38,682 nt of DNA, from the NCBI GenBank assembly GCA_000320545.1, contig ADNK01002251.1, positions 1 through 38,682 on the forward strand. The letters are read 5' to 3'. Position numbers and translations under genes: made by a program. Shown piece by piece: positions 32,261 through 38,682 of the stretch. Positions within the stretch are counted from its first letter, which is position 1, and each line of letters begins with the position of its first letter. This DNA is from Bigelowiella natans CCMP2755 (lineage: Eukaryota > Protista > Cercozoa). The notes beneath the pieces were generated by a model that was not told the DNA's origin, did not search any database, and worked only from the letters and a program-made list of their open reading frames with translations.

Positions 32261-34293
32261 TTATTGGTTGTTCCAACTTTCAACTAAATTCCTCAGGCCA
32301 TTAGCACTTTCGACGTAAATCTTCCTGAAGTGCGGGAAAATATCGATCTCTGTTTCTGTGTGAGTGTGCACAATGCCTCCATGGAATGGGCGCATGAGAC
32401 GCTCGTTGGCTCTCAGCTCCTGGTGGCGATCTTGCAGCAGCAAATCAAGCCTATCCAAAACCCTATCCATCTCATTCGCGTGGTGCTGAGTAATGCTATC
32501 TCGCAGATGCATATTAGTGACCAGGGTGATTCGCTCGTTAGGGCCGGAAGGCGCCACGTAATGCGGTGTTCCTGAGGGCCAGATAGCGAGGTATGCCTTG
32601 CTTTCAAGTTTCTTCGGGCAAATCTTGACATCCTTGACAGGAGAAAAGGCTCCAGTTTCATCCCTTCGGGCAGCTATGTGCCTGCTTTGGCTTGTTGGAA
32701 GCAAGTAAGTAAGCCGGCCAGAGCTCGCGACAGCTCCCAACCATTGAGCAGCTGCTTTCAGCGATTTGCTGCTTATCCCAACTTTTTCGAGTTCTTTCTT
32801 TCCTTCGAGATTGCTGTGGGCAATTTTCGAGAATTGCTCTACAGCATCTGACGCCTTCATTCCTATGGCCAAAGAGGGATGATCAAGGAGGTAAAGCGCA
32901 GCGTTGATAGCAGTGATTACTCCGGGGTCGAAAAATGGTACAAATACAGGCCCCCCGGGGTCATTCGAGAACTGTTGAGAAAAGGCTTTTTGTCGACTTG
33001 ATAGTATCAGCTTAGCATTGACATCGAGGAGGGACTTCTGTATGCCCTTGGGAACCTCAGGCGTGCTTATTGACTCAGGATCATTTAGTGCTTTGCTCGC
33101 CTGGCGGCTGTCACCTCCTCTCTTATTCTTGGTAGTTTTACCTTTCTTCGTCATTTTGGGTGTCGATACTGCGGGATGGGGACACTCCGGATGGAACATT
33201 GTCAGAAGACACAAGTATCGTCTGATGTCGAAATTCGCAAAGCCGTGGGTGTGGCCCCCAGGATTGTTGATTCGAGCTCCCTGGACATGCGCAAGGACTT
33301 GGACGCCGAACTTTTTGGTCCACTGGCCAAATCCCACGTGCCCGCCATGTAGCATCACAGTGCAGGCTCTGTACATGTCCTCCAAAGATCCTCTATCGAC
33401 GTGTGCGTTGAGCCCCGAGCCCCGAGACAAGCTCGGCGGTTTCAGAATCAGACTTGGCGGAAGACTCGGGATTGCGTTTCTTTCCGATGTTCCGAAGATC
33501 CGAGCAGTTGCTGTGCGCAGTGTCGGCATTGCCTCTATGCAGAATTTCAACCCCCGCAGGTGAGAGGTGATGCCAAAGCCAGACAACCGAAGCCCTTTCC
33601 AAGGATTGAACCTGGCACTTCCTCCTCCGTCGAATCCCGCTCGTATTTGCATGCTTTGTCTTTTTGTCAGGTGCTTCTTCCGCCACTGCGGGTCGAGGAA
33701 GTGTTGGACGTCCTTCCAAGACTTCACCTTCAAAGCGATTTTCTCTTTCTCCGGGAGATTCAACTGCGAACTAATCCAATCGTTAAGACAAGCTAGAAAA
33801 TTCGTGCTGAATTCTTCAATTTTCTCAGTAGGGATATCGAGACTGTCGGTTCCAACACCGTCCAAATCTATCCGCCAATGTCGTGTGTTTGAAGCTGCTG
33901 ATTCCTTTTCATCGAGGTCCTTTGCATTTTGTGGAATATGTTGAGCGCTGTTCTGCATCGGTGGATGCAGTTTCTTAGGATTTTCGATTTCAGCCTTGGT
34001 ATCTTCTACGTGTACACTACTGGGACGACATTTCCTCTCACTGATCCGTACAGACCCATCTGTTTCTGCCTTTCCCCTCTTCTTAGGCTCTCTTTGACCT
34101 GCTGCAAAAAATATAGTTTGGTTTCTTAGCAAACACGCTTGATTACGAGATTCTTTTTGTGCAAACCTCCGACATTGGACGACTGGCTCATCATCACTTC
34201 CAATGCAGCTTCAAATGAATGATATCCCGTGGCTACGGCTGCTGCTTCTGAGGCGTCATTGCCAAATCCCATATCCACCAGCTTGGATATATT
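32261..34293 (-). CDS. UBA domain plus PhyH-like 2OG-Fe(II) dioxygenase (further 5' exons likely up to ~34790)
   Basis: Exon 34293-34167 encodes ISKLVDMGFGNDASEAAAVATGYHSFEAALEVMM (UBA MGF motif) and splices in frame into the 623-aa ORF. That ORF has LILKPP...NAHVD (HxD, 33395-33403) and LAIWPSGTPHYVAP...ERITL (distal His 32561-32563, Arg 32531-32533). Confidence 0.68.
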
Positions 34294-34426
34294 CTGTAGT
34301 AGAAGAAAGAACAGTGGGGGGTGGAAGATGAGATATTAAAGTAGCTCTGATCATCTTATTAGCTGGTTTCGAATATTCCGACGTCTTCCGAGACCTGGAA
34401 GATAGCAATATCAAGATGTCGGGGAG

Positions 34427-34468
<42 letters not shown>

Positions 34469-35326
34469 GAGGAGGGAAAGAGAGGGGGGAAGGAATTTTG
34501 CAAGCTTAGGGAGAAAGTAGGTTGACTAGTTTCGACCTTGCATTTTCTCTGGATTTCCTTGATCCTATTCCAAGAGTCTCACATCCTTTGGAGTCGGTCA
34601 GTCGTGCGGTCTTCTGCCGTTTCGAGCGCAAGGCAGGTTCAGACGAGATAGCTTCCATCACTCCGCTACAATCAGGTATGTGTAAGTACGCCAGTAGTAA
34701 CAATTTGCAGACTAAGTGCATCCGCTTACTTAGCTGACATACGAGTTCTGTCGAGGGACACCTGCTCGATCTGGTTTTCTTCAATCGCACCCTTTCCGTG
34801 AACGCGCTTTCTGGTCCCGAGGCGGCGATAGGGAATCAGAAATCCAACTTTGGAAATCTTATGCGATTTTCATTGACAACTAAGGAATAAATGCATGTTC
34901 GTGAGAAAAATCGCATTGGACTGCTTTCTCGTGCCGTGAGAAATCTAATGTAGCTACATGCATGCACATCTTCTGAGATGAATCTTCTCCCGATTCTTCT
35001 CCTGAGCCGCATTTTCGATGCAAGTTATCGCACCCAGTAAGTCAGTAGGAAATAGGTTGTCGCCACAATAAATTGGACCAATTTCTCGCCCCGTAAACAC
35101 ATGCAACCCTTCTTCACGGAGCTGCGCCAACTTCAGAGGTCGGTCGCTCCACCGAAATGAAGGGCGAGCGGGGTCTGCTCTGACTGAATTTTGATGATGA
35201 AGAAAGATTGTCGCAGATACTGAATTGGCCTGTGTTTTCGACAAGGCCTGGAACAACGTTGGGTTTTGAGATTCTCACCCCCCCTGACAGCTTCCTTCTT
35301 TTGAGTGTGACCTTCCTACTCTTCTC

Positions 35327-37439
35327 ATGGACCGCGTTCTTTCCAGAATTTCTCGCTTCGGCAAAATTTTCTCCAAACCCATGCGCACCTGGGCAGCAGG
35401 AAGGCTCCCCAGGGTGTCACGAGGTATGGGAGCCACCTCGGCTGGTTTGAGCGTCGCAGCAGCGGTTGCCGCATTTGGGGTTCAGTCGGCGGGCAAAAAC
35501 CTCGCAGTGGCGGAAGAAAAAACCAACAAGATGGCCTACCGCATGCTTGGTAAGATTTAAAATGTAGATCGGTGTGCTCAACATATGTGGCTTGATAAAA
35601 CGCTAGATCCCGAAATACTTGTTTATAGTAAGACCACTCAAGAATGATGCAGCAACTTAATCCGTTCGTAGTACGTTGTAAGCTTTGGTCATTAAAAATG
35701 CAGGAAATAGCGGCTTGCAGGTTTCGGTCCTTGCCTATGGTTTTTGGGCAACATTTGGGGACAAGAATGACCTCAAAGGTTGCAGACTTTAGACCGCATG
35801 TGTCAGAAAAGAAAATATCTAAACGTGCAATGAATGAATATAGGCGACTCTGGCGTGGACATGGCAAAGAAGTGCTTGAGAGCTGCACGTAAAGGCGGCG
35901 TAAATCTTTTCGATAACGCGGAAGGGTACGTCCCATCCTCCCCCTTAGCCTGCTACGATCACCATGACTGACATTTCGTGTTGCCTCCTCCTTGTATGTT
36001 ATATTATCACAAGTTACGGCTCTGGTCGCGCTGAACGCATTATGGGAGAGGTCAGCGATCACAACATGTCCTTCTATATCAATATTTAAGGCTAAGAGGA
36101 AGCGAATAACATTGCAGCCGTGCTTCTATTTTGTTGTTGTTGTTGTTGTTGTTTCAGGCCATTCGACAACTCCGCGAAGAAGTCGTTCTCCACTACACCG
36201 ATGACCTTTTTCGCGACTGCCTAGCAACAATTATATATCAGCATTATTTATTACTAATTGACATTATATTATTTTAATAATATGTGCGCGCGCGTGTGTG
36301 GTGTAAATGGGAAAGATTAGATGTGTTTTCTCAGGATCCTGCTCTTTGGCGTCGGAGCGATATCCTGATAACAACGAAGATTTTCTGGGGAGGTTGTTCG
36401 TCAACCGCTGCGGGCTCGCAGAGATGAGCTTGAATAATCGCTTATTTTTTTTCTTCTAGATGTCATTTTCTTCAATTTTAAAAACTGAAGTGGGTGGGGA
36501 ACGGTGAAATACCTTGGTTTTATTGTGCTGCTAGTGGGCGGATATGGGTTGTTTGCACGTAATATATTCTTTGTACTTCTTTCGCCTCCTCAGGAAGGGG
36601 CGTTAATGAGCTTGGATTGTCTCGAAAAGTACACAGACTCAACTCTGCACTTACGGATGAAACTACTAAACACTGCGTTTAACTGAGAACACGATTCCAA
36701 ATTGTAGAATATACGTATTTTTGTTGATGTCCGGCAAAACTTAAGTCTGGCATCACCTCCTCCGCTCCGCTCTCCCCCCCCTCACAACAATAATCTGTTG
36801 ACTTGTAACTGTGGCCAGCATATCGTGGAGGGATTGGACGCCGCGTGCAAGCGGCTGCAGACGGAATACGTGGACTTGGTGTTCTGCCATCGCCCCGACC
36901 CCCTCACTCCAACAGAGACCGTGGTGAGAGCGATGACAGACGCTGTCAGGTAGTAGTTGTATGTATTTGTGAAGAGGAAGAAGAAGAAGATATGATGAGG
37001 GAGGCCAGGTAGAGTTATAGAGGAAGGGGGTGGGGATAGGTAGACTAGGTGCTGAAGAACAACAAACTGGCAGCGAGGATTAGAAGCTTCAACGATTTGT
37101 AGTAGGCTGCTTGAGGAAATTCGAAAATTGATATTATACGACAACCCAAAGTAGCACTAGTAATCTGTACTACAATCTTTGGAGGAAAGTTGTAGTATGT
37201 TGATTCCCTGCCCCACCCCTCCTCCCTAGTGCATAAAGTAGTACTTTTCCTCATGTTTTGAGTCCTTTATCGTCTCCATTTTCACATTCATTGCCAATGG
37301 TACATCAGATACCGCATCTTCAATCACCCCCCCGCCCTCCTCCTCCTCCTCTTCTTCCTCCCTCTGCGGCGGTATGTTATTCATATGCAGGTCTGGAAAG
37401 GCTACTGCATGGGGGACAAGCGAGTGGTCAGCGCAGCAG
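35327..37439 (+). CDS. Voltage-gated K+ channel beta subunit-like aldo-keto reductase (AKR6 family), 5' part only
   Basis: Exons encode [100 protein letters not shown] and [15 protein letters not shown]. The Arg-rich N-terminal extension resembles a mitochondrial presequence. Confidence 0.9.
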
Positions 37440-38682
37440 GTATGTTCAACGTATTACTTGATCATCAAAACTGTGTGATAACAAAAGTAGCAGTAGTAGT
37501 AGTAGTAGTAGTTGTTGTTGTTGTTGTAGTAGTCGTAGTAGTAGTTGTTGTAAAGCACATCGAGCGGCCTTTTTCCTCTCTGCGACACGATCACTGCGAA
37601 TGGTGTACTAGCCGATAAATCGTCGGTGCTTTTGCTTTGAATCGTTGGGAGGATTTTAGTTATGCGTGCGTTTATGAAGAGATTTAAAAGAACATGTGAT
37701 CATATACATGTGTAAAGATTACTGAGGCCGTTTGGATTGCTCGTCAATACGGTATATATCAGCATCTTCATCATCATCATCATCAACAACAACAACAGCG
37801 ATCGTAGCAGTTGCAGCAGCAAGTGCTCGAATGATACCCTTATTCAAAGCCAATCCCATCTTCCTCTCAATCACATAAATTCTATCTGAGCACGTACTCC
37901 GCCACCCCCACATTATGAATAAACTCTCGCAGGACTCGAGCCGCCGATGTTTGAGCAACCTCAATACCACATGTACGGTGTAGTTGTTAGAGCGAGGAGA
38001 AGGAGGAGGAGGAGGAAGAGGCGTTGAGATTTGGGAGCGCCAATACACGTATACTCATGTTTATGCTAAGGGGCATTCGGTCGTTTGCAAATCATCACAC
38101 CATCATAAAGTAGAGAATATCAAGGGAGTGTTAGATGACCCCGTTGAAACCACAGCTTCTCATCATCATGATCATGAAGATGCGGATGGTGACAAGCGGC
38201 TGTTATCAGCGCATAGCCTCCTCTCCGCATATTGACGTTGATGTGTCATCAGGTTTTGGAGGGAGCGTTTGGAGACGGGTATGTATGGATGTAGAACGAC
38301 AGAAAAGGGAGGGGGAGAGGGTGGGAAGAGGCCAGCTTATTCCGCAAGATGGAGAAGCCGCAGTGGAGGATGGCCTACGAAGTCGACGTGTCTAAATAAT
38401 GACGAGTGGATTTTGCGATTCTGAGGGAAATCGTCCAATCTTATCCAGTCTCTTTGATTATGAGGATGCAAAGAAAAGGAGGAGGAGGAGGAGGAGGAGG
38501 AGGAGGAGGAGGAGGAGGGGAGGTGTAATCGAGGGGATAGTTTCTCGTTCGGACCCTCCTTCTACTCGACTATTTAGATATATTAGCGGGAGTGAAGCAT
38601 ACCGCCAAGTAAAGTAAGGAAATACCTCGCTCACCAATTCTCTGCTCTCTCTATTTCTGGATCCTCTGTGCCCCCCCCCCCC

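Noticed and set aside
35325-36062. 245-aa minus-strand ORF
   Set aside because: It is antisense to well-supported Kv-beta exons and has no motif.

Overview
Eukaryotic nuclear DNA from a protist or alga. A chlorarachniophyte-like host is a weak guess from the intron style and signal-peptide-like leaders. The two ends (about 1-13.0 kb and 34.1-38.7 kb) hold intron-rich genes full of microsatellites: an OPR-like/RluA-type pseudouridine synthase (-), a LIG6-like DNA ligase I family gene (+) and a partial Kv-beta/AKR6 gene (+). The middle is an intron-poor accessory block: a disrupted NACHT-WD40 (HET-E-like NLR) gene, an arylsulfatase, an orphan ORF, an intact young Ty3/gypsy LTR retrotransposon, a secreted nucleoside hydrolase and a UBA + 2OG-Fe(II) oxygenase. 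The strongest unexplained signal is three ~1 kb tracts (13047-14166, 18574-19489, and 23486-24134 plus 29851-30199) almost free of TpA except inside CTAG, while CpG is kept. This points to a local, RIP-like TA->TG/CA hypermutation system. The TA-rich retrotransposon sits inside one of these tracts and carries a degenerate DIRS/Dam-like adenine methyltransferase-like domain after its integrase. All counts and alignments were done by eye and no database searches were run.
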